From: Octopus vulgaris
Taxonomy: Eukaryota
DNA length: 64,000 bases
Direction: 5' to 3'
Assembly: GCA_951406725.2 (NCBI GenBank)
Contig: OX597824.1
Coordinates: 40,734,001 to 40,798,000, forward strand
In this document: positions 12,944 to 26,149 of the stretch, piece after piece
How the letters are laid out: each line of letters begins with the position of its first letter
Position numbering within the stretch: position 1 is the stretch's first letter
Made by a program: the position numbers and the translations under genes
The notes under the pieces: generated by a model
Told to the model about the DNA's origin: nothing
Seen by the model: the letters and a program-made list of their open reading frames with translations, nothing else
Databases searched by the model: none

Positions 12944-13168
12944 CCCTTTTGAAACCAAGCTACTTTTGACTGGTACTTGTTATATGATACCAGTTTTTTG
13001 TTTCAAAGTGAATTAAGTTTAAACTTTCCATTGAAATTTCTTGTCATTTTATGTTCCAAACTCCCAGCTTAATAATGAAAGAATTAATTTACTACATACT
13101 TCATATAATTTTCAAAATCAAAAGAAACAAAAGTAGTGTATTTCAGCAGAAATATTGTAACAAAAGGG
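12944..13168. mobile_element. piggyBac-type MITE (same family as 27976-28197)
   Basis: CCCTTTTG...CAAAAGGG ends; body aligns by eye with the TTAA-flanked copy at 27976. Confidence 0.55.
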
Positions 13169-13427
13169 TTATTGAAAAATGGGACAATTTCTTTAATTTC
13201 TTCAATAAAGGATGCTCTTAGCTAGTGTCTGGTGAAAAAATACACAAAATGTATCTCAAGGATTTTGTAATGTTCCATTTGATTTGATATTCTTAATTTG
13301 ATATTCAGCAAGAAGATTAAGGGTTTCAATAGGGTCTGAAAGAGAACATACTAGACTATATCTTTCAGTTTATATTGCAGATGATTTTGAGGAAAACGTG
13401 GGTAAATGCAGGAATGACTGCTTAGAG

Positions 13428-13720
13428 CAGTGGTTCTCAACCATTTTTTGCCTATGGAATCCTTTAATTCTTATTTTATTTTACTGGACCTCCATGATCA
13501 TTCTATTCTTCTTTTATACTTTTATTTGTTTCAGTCATTTGACTGTGGCTATGCTGGAGCTCCACCTTTAGTTGAATGAATAAATCCAGGACTTATTCTT
13601 TGTAAGCCTTGTACTTATTCTAACAATCTCTTTTGCTGAACTGCTATGTTTAGGAGATGTAAAACACACCAGCATCAGTTGTCAAGCGATGGTGGGGGAC
13701 AAACAAAGACACACACACAC

Positions 13721-13757
<37 letters not shown>

Positions 13758-14078
13758 AACAATGAACTTCTTTCAGTTTCCATCTACCAAATCCATGCAC
13801 AAGGTTTTGTTCAGCCTGAGGCCATGGTAGAAGACACTTGCCCGTGCCATGCAGTAGGACTGATCTTGGAACCATGTGGTTGGGAAGCAAGCTTCTTACC
13901 ACAGAACCACACCTGTGCCTTTGTATATAAAAAAATCCTACAGTATTTTTATAATTAAATATTACTAGAAATTGTATGAAAACATTAAAATATTTTGTGT
14001 ATTGTAAAAGTATAAGCAATTTACTGCACATAAATATTAACAGCAAAATCTTAACTGGACCCCATTTGAGAACCATTG
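13428..14078. mobile_element. hAT (Charlie-like) MITE interrupted by a SINE (~13505-13920, minus strand)
   Basis: CAGTGGTTCTCAA...TTGAGAACCATTG TIRs; 8-bp flanks GCTTAGAG/GCTCAGAA. Confidence 0.7.
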
Positions 14079-14362
14079 GCTCAGAAGTGCCCTATTTTGC
14101 CCATCAGTGAACTAGTGATTGTAGTATGTTGACTGATTGAGGTATGAAAATTGAGACGCACTAACACAGAGAAAGACACTGACCAGTTCTATATTTCCTT
14201 CAGGCAGAACCCAATCAGGCAACAGATAACATGACAATAGAATAGTGAAACAGATGTTATTTATCTCACTTGTTCTGTCTTGATGAAGCAGGCTTATGAG
14301 TAAAGGCACTCCATTTATGATCATCCTGTTTTTAGGGATATGTAGAACTACATTATTTAATA

Positions 14363-14647
14363 CAGTGGTTCTCAACCGGGATCTATATGGCCCCTGAGGG
14401 TCCATATAAGATTTGTAGGGGGGCCATGCAATGATATAGTAAATTGGAGAGCCACAATAGTATTTTAAGAATCCCTAAAAAATTTTTTCTTTAGATGTAT
14501 GTATTGGTATGTATTGCAAGAAACATTTAGGTTTCTTTCTCTAACATAGTTCAACCTCCACAAGTTAATGTGTGAAAAACAAATTAGAAATTTTGAATAA
14601 AATAGTAATCAAAGAAGTCATAGGTAAAAAATGGTTGAGAGCCCCTG
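14363..14647. mobile_element. hAT (Charlie-like) MITE; related copy in reverse orientation at 24905-25222
   Basis: CAGTGGTTCTCAACC...GGTTGAGAGCCCCTG; 8-bp flanks ATTTAATA/ATCCAATA. Confidence 0.75.
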
Positions 14648-15360
14648 ATCCAATATATCTTCTCCTACTGCTACGTTTTTGCTTTGAATTTGTTAATTAT
14701 TGATTTCTAATGTTGGTACAAAGTCTCAAAGTTTTGGGAAAGAACACTTTTTTTTATTATAAATCCCATTCATATCAAAATGTTATATAGGAATGTAGAC
14801 AAAAGCCACACATACATACATATGCACATACATATATATGAAAAGGTACATATTTGATAGACTTATGCAGTTTTCTTCCAAACTCCACCCATAAGGCATT
14901 GTCATAAGTCATTTGAAGGCTATAGTAGAAGATGCTTGCCCAAGCTACTATGCATCAAGCTCATGCTTACTTTATCAACCTCAAGAAGCATGATAAGACA
15001 AAGATGTCCTCAGTAAGAGTTGGACTCAGAGTTTAAAGTGATATAGCTAGGCATGACTGCATAGTAAGATGCTTGCTTCCCAACCACATGATTCCAGGTT
15101 CAGTCCTACACCATAGCACCTTGGGCAATGTCTTCTACTGTAGCCTTAAGCTGACCGAAACCTTGTGAATGGATTTGGTATATGAAAACTGAAAGAAGCC
15201 AATTGTACAAAGGATTACTTAACAAAGCAATCTGAATACTGGAGTATTAAACAAATTCACATATACACAAATACACAGAGGCCCATAAAAGCACACACAA
15301 ACATATGTATAATATTTCTTGGGTGTCAAATTTTGGAATGTGCAGCAAAATTAAACAAAC

Positions 15361-15543
15361 TTTGAGTTCCTTCAAGAAAATGACGCCGTTTGGGCCGAAA
15401 TCGTTCACACCCAGAAATATCCCATACCAAAAAGATACGACCATCTCGCGTGATAATTTTCTCCACATTAAATTCCAAAGTAGGATGTGTACTGACAACG
15501 GCCTGTTGTCCCAGGAGCCAAGAATACAGCAGATGTGTTTTAC
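15361..15543 (-). CDS. ARF-like GTPase exon 2 (GKTHLLYSWLLGQQAVVSTHPTLEFNVEKIITRDGRIFLVWDISGCERFRPKRRHFLEGTQ)
   Basis: Acceptor ttgcag|GT AAA ACA, donor CAA A|GTTTGT; 183 nt, phase 1-1. Carries GKT, the PTxxFNVE switch I and the WDxxG motif. Confidence 0.93.
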
Positions 15544-15964
15544 CTGCAAGTACATGTTAAACATGTCACTGATATAACTACATATCTCAAGATGTGTTTG
15601 TTTATGTTTGTGTAGACATGTGTGTGAGCATGTGTGTATATATATATATATAATAATTATTTGAGGGAATATTAATCCTAACTTACAGGGAAAAAATTCA
15701 ATTTAGAAATACTAAATCAAATTTTACACAATATAAAATATATATATAAAAAATTAGAAAAAAACTATCTATTATCAATTCAAAATGAACAATTAAATTA
15801 CACCATCTCGAAAATTACATATAATAGAAATATTAAAATTAAAATAACAATAAAATACCAATGATTAAGTAAATTGCAAAAAAATAATAAAAATGTATAT
15901 AATTGGTATGTAATATATATATATATATTTATTTATTTATTTATATATATGTGTGTGTGTGTGC

Positions 15965-15996
<32 letters not shown>

Positions 15997-16007
15997 TATA
16001 GAATAAT

Positions 16008-16480
16008 TGTGGAGGGTACCTGTAGAAGGAGTAGACTCAGGAAAACATGAGATGAAATGGTGAGAAAGGATCTTTGGACACTGGGCCTCACTGAATAAAT
16101 GACAAGGGACTGGGAGATGTGGTGATTTGCTATACTCAATAGGATGCATCAAGCTAAATAAAATCGTTGTCTTCCACACATACAGGTTTGTCCTTTCAGG
16201 TGCCAGTGCCACATAAAAACACCTGAGCTAGTGCTGTGTAAATGCTTTCATGTTGGTACTGCATAAACACACCCATGCCAGTGAAACATAGAAAGCACCC
16301 AGCACACTCTGTTAAGTAGTTGGTAATAGGAAGGGCATCTGGCTGTAGAAACCATGCCACAACAGACAATTAGAGTCTGGACAACTCCCAGCTGGCCAGT
16401 TCCATGTCAAACCATTCAACCCTTGCTAGCATGAAATGTGGACATTAAACAATGATGATAATGATGAGGATGAGGATGAT
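16008..16480 (+). mobile_element. RTE LINE 3' end (ORF end plus 3' UTR with (GAT)n tail)
   Basis: VEGTCRRSRLRKT*DEMVRKDL resembles the RTE C-terminus. The following GGAAGGGCATC...GCATG..GGAC.TTAAA.GATGAT tail recurs at ~2110, 37560, 40380, 52050, 53640 and 56190. Confidence 0.65.
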
Positions 16481-16820
16481 ATATATATATATATATATAT
16501 ATAAATTAGAAAAAAACACCTTTTATCAATTCAAAATGAAAAATTAAATTACACCATCTAGAAAATTACATATAATAGAAATATTAAATATAAGGTAAAA
16601 AAATATGTGCAAAATAATAAGTAAAACGTATATATACATTTTATTTATTATTTTCTAGATGGTGTAATTTAATTTTTCATTTTGAATTGATAAAAGGTGT
16701 TTTTTTTTCTAATTATATATATATTATATTTTGTGAAATTTGATTTAGTATTTCTAAATTGAATTTTTCCCTGTAAGTTTGGAATGATATTCCCTCAAAT
16801 TATTATTATTATTATATATA

Positions 16821-17372
16821 TCACCTTGATCACCTTGACTGACCAGTCCGTCAGGCGTCCATTTGACACCGCTGGTCACAGCATGCTGTCCACTCCTCTC
16901 TGGATCGCGCCTTTCTCATCCACGTGATCCCAATCGTCCTCCTGAAATCGTAACTCCACCGTCGTGGAGGTCTTCCGGGTGGTCTTTTCCGCTCACGCGG
17001 GTACCACTCGACAACTGCGTGCGTCCACCGATTATCAGTGAACCAGGCGACGTGTCCAGCCCATCTATACTTGCGTGTATACTCTGCGATGACATCTCTC
17101 ACGCCGGACTTCTTTCTGATGATCTTGCTACTTATGTGCTCTCTCAAGAAGATACCAAGCATTGACCTTTCCATGGCTCTTTGAGCCGTTAACAGTCTTT
17201 GCTCTTCTCTCTTTGTGGTAGCCCATGTTTCACTACCATATAACATTGCAGGCAGAACTGCACTGTTAATGAGGTTGGCACGGATGGTCCTGTCGAACCT
17301 TCCCTTGAGCACATCCCTTATGCCATTGAACGCCTTCCATCCAGCCCTTACTCTCCGTGAGATCTCCTTTTT
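16821..17372 (-). mobile_element. 5'-truncated RTE-clade LINE, 3' end
   Basis: KEISRRVRAGWKAF..VLPAMLYGSETWA..KYRWAGHV..WYPRERKRPPGRPPRRW; tail of CAAGGTGAT repeats. Confidence 0.9.
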
Positions 17373-17386
17373 GATATCTCAGCACA

Positions 17387-17437
<51 letters not shown>

Positions 17438-17629
17438 GATAATGAAGAGGAGAGTGGAGATTTATTCACATCCAAAACTTTTTATTAAAAAGTTTTCTAC
17501 AGTATGTTACTGACTTACATATGTTTTGACTGCAGTGACTGCACATTGTTTGTATGCAATTATGCATTCTAGTCATTGCAATTTCATCAAGGGTCCATCA
17601 CTGTTTTCAAAGTGAATTACCCAACGAGT

Positions 17630-18090
17630 GAAATTTACCGGAGTCCTGTGGCCAGACATAGGGTCTTCGAGTAGCTACCCGCTTGATCCAGAGCAGCACT
17701 ACTTCCTCCAGGCACTTGATGTAGGCCTCTGTGTTGAGACTAAGGCTGTGTGGGAAGATGAATGGAGGTATAATGTCACCATCATTAGTGATCACTCCAA
17801 ACACAATGATATTGACTGGATATTTGATTTTTTTTATCACTCTCAGTACATGTCATCAGATTGCACTGTCCTCAGATTGACACCCAAACACACTGAAATA
17901 TTCCCATTGGAGCTTCCAGCAGCACAGCATGTCATTTCCAAATTTCTGACTCAGTGAATTGCATCATGGTGCTGTTTTCCTCACAGACGGTGCCCAGCTG
18001 ACCTTACTATACTGTGTAGTCAACAAAATCAAAACAAACGATGTGCATGCCTGAAATTAAAAATATAAAATGGCGAAAATTTACTCATCG
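17630..18090 (-). mobile_element. maT/DD37D transposon deletion derivative, partial
   Basis: KYPVNIIVFGVITNDGDIIPPFIFP..YVWPQDS; same family as 55297-56107. Confidence 0.8.
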
Positions 18091-18106
18091 TACCATATGT
18101 GTGTGT

Positions 18107-18138
<32 letters not shown>

Positions 18139-18167
18139 CTGTGTGTGTGTGTGTGTGTGTGTGTATG

Positions 18168-18450
18168 TCATCGTGATCACCGTGACCGACCAGGTTATCA
18201 GATGTTGCTACACATCAGCCTTCAATTGACGCCACCCTGCTGGCTAAGTGAGCAGGCCAACAGAAGAAAGAGTGAGAGAAAGTTGTGGTGAAAGAGTACA
18301 GCAGGAATCGCCCCCCCCCCCCGTCAGAGCCTCGTGGAGCTTTAGGTGTTTTCGCTCGATAAACACTCACAACGCCTAGTCTGGGAATCGAAACAGTGAT
18401 CCTACGACCGCAAGTCCGCTGTCCCAACCACTGGGCAAATGCACCTCCAC
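18168..18450 (-). mobile_element. tRNA-derived SINE with an RTE-like 3' tail (related heads at 21021-21113, 30250-30340 and 30717-30840)
   Basis: Head GTGGAGGTGCATTTGCCCAGTGGTTGG..GTTTCGATTCCC (A/B-box-like). Tail GGTCGGTCACGGTGATCACGATGA resembles the RTE tail at 16821-16845. Confidence 0.7.
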
Positions 18451-18482
<32 letters not shown>

Positions 18483-21128
18483 ATCATGTACTCTCCTATT
18501 GTTAGACAACATATGAGGGTTCAGCAAAACTTGTTAGGATCTCAGCTGTGGGTTAAATAGCATTAACCCCCACCTCCTGCCAGTCAGAGCACGTTGAAAT
18601 CATGTGATGCAATATGAAGGATATAAACTATTTCAGTAAGTGACTGTTATTGACTCAATGGCAATTATTACTAGACACTGAGTGAATGAACAGACAAGAA
18701 ACTATCCACAGCCAGGATGCCAGTATCAAACAGTTCAGTTAGCAAACTACTGCTATCACATGTAGTTGTAGTGTATACAGATTGACTTGACATGTGGTAT
18801 GTGGGATGTCTACATGTTTGTCAAAGAGATGAATAGTTGGTGATATTAGCTGTTGCAAGGCAACAAGCTGGCAGAATCGTTAGTATGCCAGGCAAAATGC
18901 TTAGCATAATTTCATCTGTTTTTATGTTCAAATGTCACTGGGGTTGACTTTGCCTTTCATCCTTTCAGGGTCAATAAAATAAATACCAGTTGAGTACTGA
19001 GGGTTGATGCAATTGACTTAGCCCATCCACCGAAATTGCTGGCCTTGTGTCAAAATTTGAAATTTGAAATCAATATTAGCTGTTGTAGAGAGTTCAGAAT
19101 AGTGAATGATTTGGCTTCTACTCCAGCTGTATCTGTGGAATTAGTGTGATAAGAAAGAGGAATTATGAGCATTGTGTCATTAGGAAGGATGTCTCCAAAG
19201 AGCGGTAATGTGAAGTAAATAAATGTCCTTGATTCAGGATGAGAGACAGCAAAACATTTTTCCTGTTTGTAGTTGTTCTTGATAAGGAAAGAGGAAAAAG
19301 TAATCATGAGTCACAAGTTGCTGTTAACCAGTACTGTGATCCGTGTAAGTAACCTTTCTCAAAGTTTTGTACATACTGGAGCAGCAGTCTAGAACTGGGG
19401 AAGAAGAGGACTGGGAATTGTAGACCAGCTATTGCAACAGCCATCTGAAGCATTTTCTCGTAGGGTCAGACAGGCCTCTGCAACTGTTCTACTCAAGATA
19501 AATATTGTAGGAAGCAGTACAAAAAAGTGACATCAGTGCCAAAGGGATTGCCTTATTCAAGTGGTTGTCCCTTCTTTCCTGTACTTTTTTTTTTTTGGTT
19601 CTGATGTATTCCAGCTCCAAGCTGAGCAAATTTTAGACTATCTGTAGATGTGTCACAGTTCCTTAGCATATGAGTGTAAAGTGTATGTGTGCATCTCTAT
19701 GCATCTAGATAATATCAGAGATGTATCATGGCAATTGTCACAAGGTGTGCTTTGTGATTGGTTCAAATAAAATTGGAGAAACACGTAAGCTTTTCCTGTT
19801 GCATGAGTAATTTGCTAGGAGCTTAACAAAAGTTTCTTCTGCTTAATAAAAATAATATACTTTATATTATACACTAATAAAAATATATACTTTAAAAATT
19901 TCACATACAGCTATCAATGTATCATTTCTAAGATTAACATTAATGAATTCTCTCATAAAATATTGAAATCGACAGCTATAAACAACAGCTGTTACTGTTA
20001 TATAAACAGCCCCAGATTTCGACTTGGCAAAATCTTTATTTCTGTGTGTGTGTTATTATATTTGACTTTGCTTTTCATCTTTTTGGCAGTCAATAAAATA
20101 AAGTATCAGACAAGTACTGGTATTGATGTAATCAATTTTTCTCTCCCCTTAAAATTGTTGGTCTTGTACCAAGATTAAAAAGAATTATATTTGAAAACAA
20201 ATTATAATCAGATCATATCATGATATTGCAAGAACAAAATTTTTGTAGAGAAAACCTCTTTCTGTCTGAATTTTCATTGAATTTATGAGTACTATAATTG
20301 CCCATGAAAACAAACACAGAATGCACTCTGGGGGGAAATATTGCTCACCCATATTTTTGGTACTCCTCACTATTATCCCATTTCCCATCAGTGTCAGGGT
20401 GTGCAGCCCTATTTCAGAACAACTGCCATAATGTTTTATAACAAGGTACCAGAAAATTAGTTACCCCAATATAATCCATGATTATATTATTGAGTGAGGT
20501 TGATATTTATGATGAAATTACCACTTCGTTGTTAGAGGCACAGTGACCATCTAGTGAATTGACAGAGTTGTTAGTGTGTTGTCACAGTATTTGTTTCCAC
20601 ATCTCTGTGTTCTGAGTTCAAATCTTGCTGAGCTCAACTTTGCCTTTCATACTTTTGAGATTAATAAAAAAAAAATGTATCAACTTAAAGTGGTAGATTG
20701 CTGGAATTATAAAAATTTTGGATGAATAAAAATCTTCTTCCAACAGTTGGCATTATGAGTCCGAATTCCTCGTTGGGATGCCTTTAACAGATTCCATATT
20801 GGACCAGGTTTCCAGTTTGAGGATACCTTCTTCCTTCCCACCCAGTTTCAGAGGCCTTGTAATGGGTTATAAGCACAGTTTTCACCCCTTCACTAAAAGA
20901 TAAAGATTAAAAAAAACCCTTGAGCATGTGCAGTTGATATTTTACAAAGTAATTTTATTAAAAGACTATATATATATATATATATATACATATAGATATA
21001 TATATATATACACACACACTCAATAAACACTCACAACGCTCGGTCTGGGAATCGAAACCACGATCCTATGACCGCGAGTCCACTGCCCTAACCACTGGGC
21101 CATTGTGCCTCCACGGTGATATACACAG

Positions 21129-21167
<39 letters not shown>

Positions 21168-21439
21168 CGTAGACATACATACACACATATACAGATATAT
21201 ATACTGTGTGTGTGTGCGTGTGTGTGCAGGCATGTATGTGTATGTTTGTGAATTTGTTTATAATATGTACTTGCTAATGAGATTAGGAATGTTAAATTTG
21301 TTAAACAATAAAGTGGTTGTGTATATGCAGTGGGGATAATGGATGTTAGAATGAAGGTCACTGAGTGTATATGTGAATCTGTGGGTAGAAGTCTGAGTAC
21401 AAGTAAATATGCATGTGAGTATGAAGCAGAGGACTGAGT

Positions 21440-21676
21440 TTGTGTCTGTTGTGTGTGTGTGTTTGCACGCGTGTGTCTGAGTGTATGTGTGTGAGTCTGT
21501 GTGTGAGTGTGTGTGTGAGTATGTGCGGGTGTGTGTGTGTGTGTGTGTGTGTATGTACTCGTGTGTGTCTGTGCGTGTGTATGTGCTCGTGTGTGTATGT
21601 GTGTGTGCGCTGTGTGTGTGTCTGAGTGTATGTGTGCGAGTGTGTGTGTAAGTGTGCGAGTCTGTGTGAGTATGTG

Positions 21677-21714
<38 letters not shown>

Positions 21715-21900
21715 CGTGTATGTGTGTGTGCTCATGTGTGTGTGCATGTGTGTGCTCATGTGTGTGTCTGAATGTATGTGTGCAAGTGTGTGTGTATGTG
21801 TGCTAGTATGTGTGTGAGTATGTGTGTGTGAGTGTATGATTGTGTGTGTATGTGTGTGTACATCTGAATGTATCAGGAAATTGCTGATTAAGTATATGTG
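21440..21900. repeat. Long degenerate (GT)n compound microsatellite
   Basis: Directly visible; it produces the spurious 255-aa His/Thr ORF. Confidence 0.9.
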
Positions 21901-22455
21901 TGCATCTGTAATCAGCTCGGTGAACCTCTGAATGAGTACGCGTGTGATTGTGTGTATCTGTAGAGGAGGAATAAATATGTTAGATAATGTATGTGTGTAC
22001 AGTGAGGTAGATTGGTAAATTAGTGTGTATGAGGAAAGCAACAGTGTACAGGTACGTATGTATATAGTATGATCATATATATGTATGTAATTGGCAAGGT
22101 GACTTAGTGTATGTGTATCTATCAATCTGTCTGTGTATATACATACATATATATCTCACTATATATGTGTGTGTGTGTGTGTGTGTGTATCTATATATAT
22201 ATGTATATACACATGAATATTTAAATACATTGATAGGTGACTATGTGTGTGTATGTATAGATTGACAGTTATATTTGTACGCGTGTGTATTCATGGCTAT
22301 GTGCTTCAGTAGATGGGTCACTGTTTATGTGTGTGTGTTTGAGAGAACAATGAGAGAGAAAATGTTAAAACATGACTAAGTGTGTGTTGGTGTGTGTGTA
22401 TATATATATGTCTACATCACCTGTCTTCGTCTTTTGTTTTTTTGTGAACTCTCCC

Positions 22456-22513
<58 letters not shown>

Positions 22514-22571
22514 TAAAGTTAATATATATATATACATATACATATATATATATATATACACATATATAAAG

Positions 22572-22657
<86 letters not shown>

Positions 22658-23059
22658 CACGTGAATGGGAAATTGAATGTGTGTGTGTGTAGGCAACTGT
22701 GTATATGTTTTTCCGATTTACTAATCACTTTAGTGTATCTGAGAACAATGGACAAACAATTTACAAACACAACTAATTAACTTACTAACTAACTAGGAAA
22801 CTACTGCACTGACTGTATAGATCTTATTTTCTCTCAATCTTTTTTCATACTTGGTCAGTTGTAAGCCGGAACTGTCCAAACTTAAGCCTCAGGTTGAGCC
22901 AACCTGTTTGTATGTGACCATTTGAGGCAATAAAAATAGCATTGAAATCTTCCACAAATCAGACCCTGCTGTCTTTAAAAAAAGGAATACATCAGATGAT
23001 GCAGTCCCCTTTTTTTTTAAATGCTGAGTCTGGAAGAAAGGGCAAAGCTGATGACTCTT

Positions 23060-23700
23060 GCAGACTCTTTGAGACTGGTGAGACTGATGATGTTAATGTT
23101 CCATTTAAACTGTTGCAAGTCAACACCAGCAGGAAAGACATGAGTGAGGAGGAGGTTCCAGAGGATCAAAGTTCTGGGAGGGTGGAAGATTGGATACAGG
23201 GGTTAGGGTGGAGAGAGGAGGTTGGATGCACCAATGGTAATGAGAAGTGGAGAAATGAGTGGATTGGGGGTACCTGAATAACTGAGGCACAAGACCAGTC
23301 AGAAGTAGAGAGAATTTTTCATAATAGAAAAGATGAAGAAAGGAGATAGATTGCCTGTGGGACAGAGGCTGGAATGTCTATAAGTGAGGGAATGTCAGTC
23401 AGTTGAGTGGCTCTCCTCTGGAAACGACCCAGGCTGTTTAGTGTGCATAGCAGCAGCAGCAGCAGCAGCAGCATCCAAGATATGGGGTAGTACTCAATTG
23501 TGGGCTACACTTAGGCCTTGTAGTCTTAACAGCTGTTTGTGGTTGAAATCTCTTTTGGCTTTAATGAGATGACTTAGTCTTTGGGATGTGGTTCTAGCAA
23601 TGGTAATGATGTGCTTTCACAAGGTAAGATCCTCAGTGATTGCAAAGCCCAGCTTTTTAGAATGACCGTGAGACATCTAGCTGAGTGCCACTCATGTTCA
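23060..23700 (-). mobile_element. Degraded LINE (jockey/L2-like) 3' fragment; similar fragment at ~19120-19680
   Basis: Minus-strand remnants resembling IW...LDR.Q.RA..L..P.L..Q.L.HR; heavily frameshifted. Confidence 0.45.
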
Positions 23701-25241
23701 GAGGGTGTGTGGTGTGGTGATGTTTCCTACATACACGATACACGATAAAAAGATGGGATGGTCACTCATTTTACATATATGGTCATATGTCTGCATAAAT
23801 GAGGCTCACCTGTGTCTAAACAATAACAGTTAATTAAACCATGGATAACTATTCAGTATGTCTGATCTGTAACACTGCAATGTTGGTGCAGAAATAATAC
23901 ATAACTCTGTGAGTGTATGTGTGTGTGTGTATTATTGATATATAATTTTCTTGGTCAATAGTGGCTATTTTGTGTACTGGCTATTGGACATCACCTCTTA
24001 GCTCAGCTGAGTGTCAGTTGACTTGATTCTGTCCAGTCAAGTATGAGTAGCCTCATTTACTCCATCCAATTAAGTGTGGATGTTCACACTGTCCTGTCAC
24101 AAGATGACTTTCACTCTGACCAACTTTACAAACAGCAGGGTGTCCTCATATGTAATGTAAAGTGTTCAAAAGATTTTTTAAAAACTCTTGCAAGCATGGA
24201 AAATTGAATGTTAAATAATGATGATGATGATGATGATGATGATGAGTATGATGATGATGTAGATGATGATGATGATGATGATGATGTTGATGATGATGAA
24301 AGATGATACAAATGCAAAGTTCAAATCCCACTGAGGTCAATTTTACCTTTTATTCTCCCAAGATAGAAAAAGTGATAAAGTATCAGTCAAGTACATAGGT
24401 CAATTGTATTGACTGATCCTGCTTCCCTCAAAATTCCTGACCTTGTGGCTAAATCAGAAACAATTATTATTATTGTGAAGAGGGGGATGGGTGATAAAGT
24501 AATTAGAATGTTGGGGAAAATGCCATTTGGTATCTCTACTGGCTCTTTATGTTGTGAGTTCAAATCCTGCCATGGTCAAAGTTGCCTATATTTCCACAGG
24601 GATCAATAAAATACAGAATCAGTCAAGTACTGTATTAATGGCATTGACTAATCCCTACTACTCAAAATAGCTGCCTTGTGTCTCAATAAGAAACCATTGT
24701 TGTGGCGGCTGGCAGAATCGTTAGCATGCCAAGCAAAACACTTAGTGACATTTTGTCTGTCTTTATGATCCGAGTTAAAATTCTGCCAAGATCAACTTTG
24801 CCTTTCATCTGTTTAGGGGTTGATTAAATAAATACCAGTTACGCACTGGGTCAATATAATCGACTAGCCCCTCCCCCCAAATTTCAGGCCTCATACCTTT
24901 TGTACAGGGGTTCTCAACCATTTTTTACCTAAGGACCCCTTTCATTAGTATTTTATTCTGGTGGACCCCATAGCCATTTGATGTTTAACTAGTATTTTTA
25001 TGGAAAATTCCCATTTTGTATTTCACACATTAACTTGTGTAGATTGAACTATCTAAAATGTTAGAGAAAAAAACCTAGCCATTTCTTGTAATACATACCA
25101 ATACATACATCTAATGCAAAATTTTTTCAAGGTCTCCCTAATTTACTATTTTGTTGCATGGACCCCCCCAAAATTTTATATGGACCCTCAGGGGTCATAT
25201 GGATCTCGGTTGAGAACCACTAGTAGAAAGGATTATTATGA

Positions 25242-25279
<38 letters not shown>

Positions 25280-25524
25280 GATCATCATCATTTATGATTT
25301 ATTATTATTCATGGTGGCGAACTGGAAAAATCCTAAGCACAGTAGGCAAAATGCTTAGCAGCATTTTGCCTGTCTTTACAACAAGTTCTAATTCCACCGA
25401 GGTCGAATTTGCCTTTCGTTCTTCTGGGGTCAATAAAATAAATACCAGTTGAGTCCTGGTGGCCAATATAATTGACTTACTCACTTCACACAAAATTTCA
25501 AACCTTGTGCCTATAGTAGAAAAG

Positions 25525-25565
<41 letters not shown>

Positions 25566-25566
<1 letters not shown>

Positions 25567-26125
25567 GAGTGAGAGAGCAGTGCATGCCATCAAAGTGACA
25601 CTGGGGTAAAATATACAAAGCCCAGTATACCCATCATGACTACCCGTCTGATAAGGGTACACTAGGCACATGCATCACAACCATATATGCACGACATGGT
25701 GATCTCATATCAAGATAAACAGCACATGACCTTGCAGGTGGGGCCCAGTTAGAATTTTCTTCTGGTCGAGTAACCCATCCCACTCAAAAGGTCCCTGAAT
25801 AAGGGTTGTTTAAGGATGTTGAACGAAACACCCATGTTTCCAGAGGTGAATTATTCAAACCCCAAAGAATCCCTCTCAACACATGACCATGATGCTCCCC
25901 CACTGCTTCTGCTCGTGATCAGAAATGCACATATCGTCAGCCACTAAGGGACATGCTCAACTGGTTAAGGTCAAATGGCTGACAAGCAAATCTGTGGCAT
26001 TAAGCAGAATATTTGCTGTAGCCCATCTTTTATACCAAGACAAAACAATGTACATGATAACACTTCCAATCAGTTAAGATCAGAAGCCATGAGAGCCACT
26101 GTCTGGTACTGCATCAGGGCATTTA
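25566..26125. mobile_element. Well-preserved non-coding repeat bounded by (TTA)n and (GTT)n; probable SINE or LINE UTR
   Basis: GC-richer 560 bp block sharply bounded by microsatellites and adjacent to the R4/Dong-like fragment; family not verified. Confidence 0.4.
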
Positions 26126-26149
26126 TTGTTGTTGTTGTTGTTGTTGTTG

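Noticed and set aside
21358-22125. 255-aa His/Thr-rich ORF
   Set aside because: It is the translation of a degenerate (CA)n microsatellite, with no domain or splice support.
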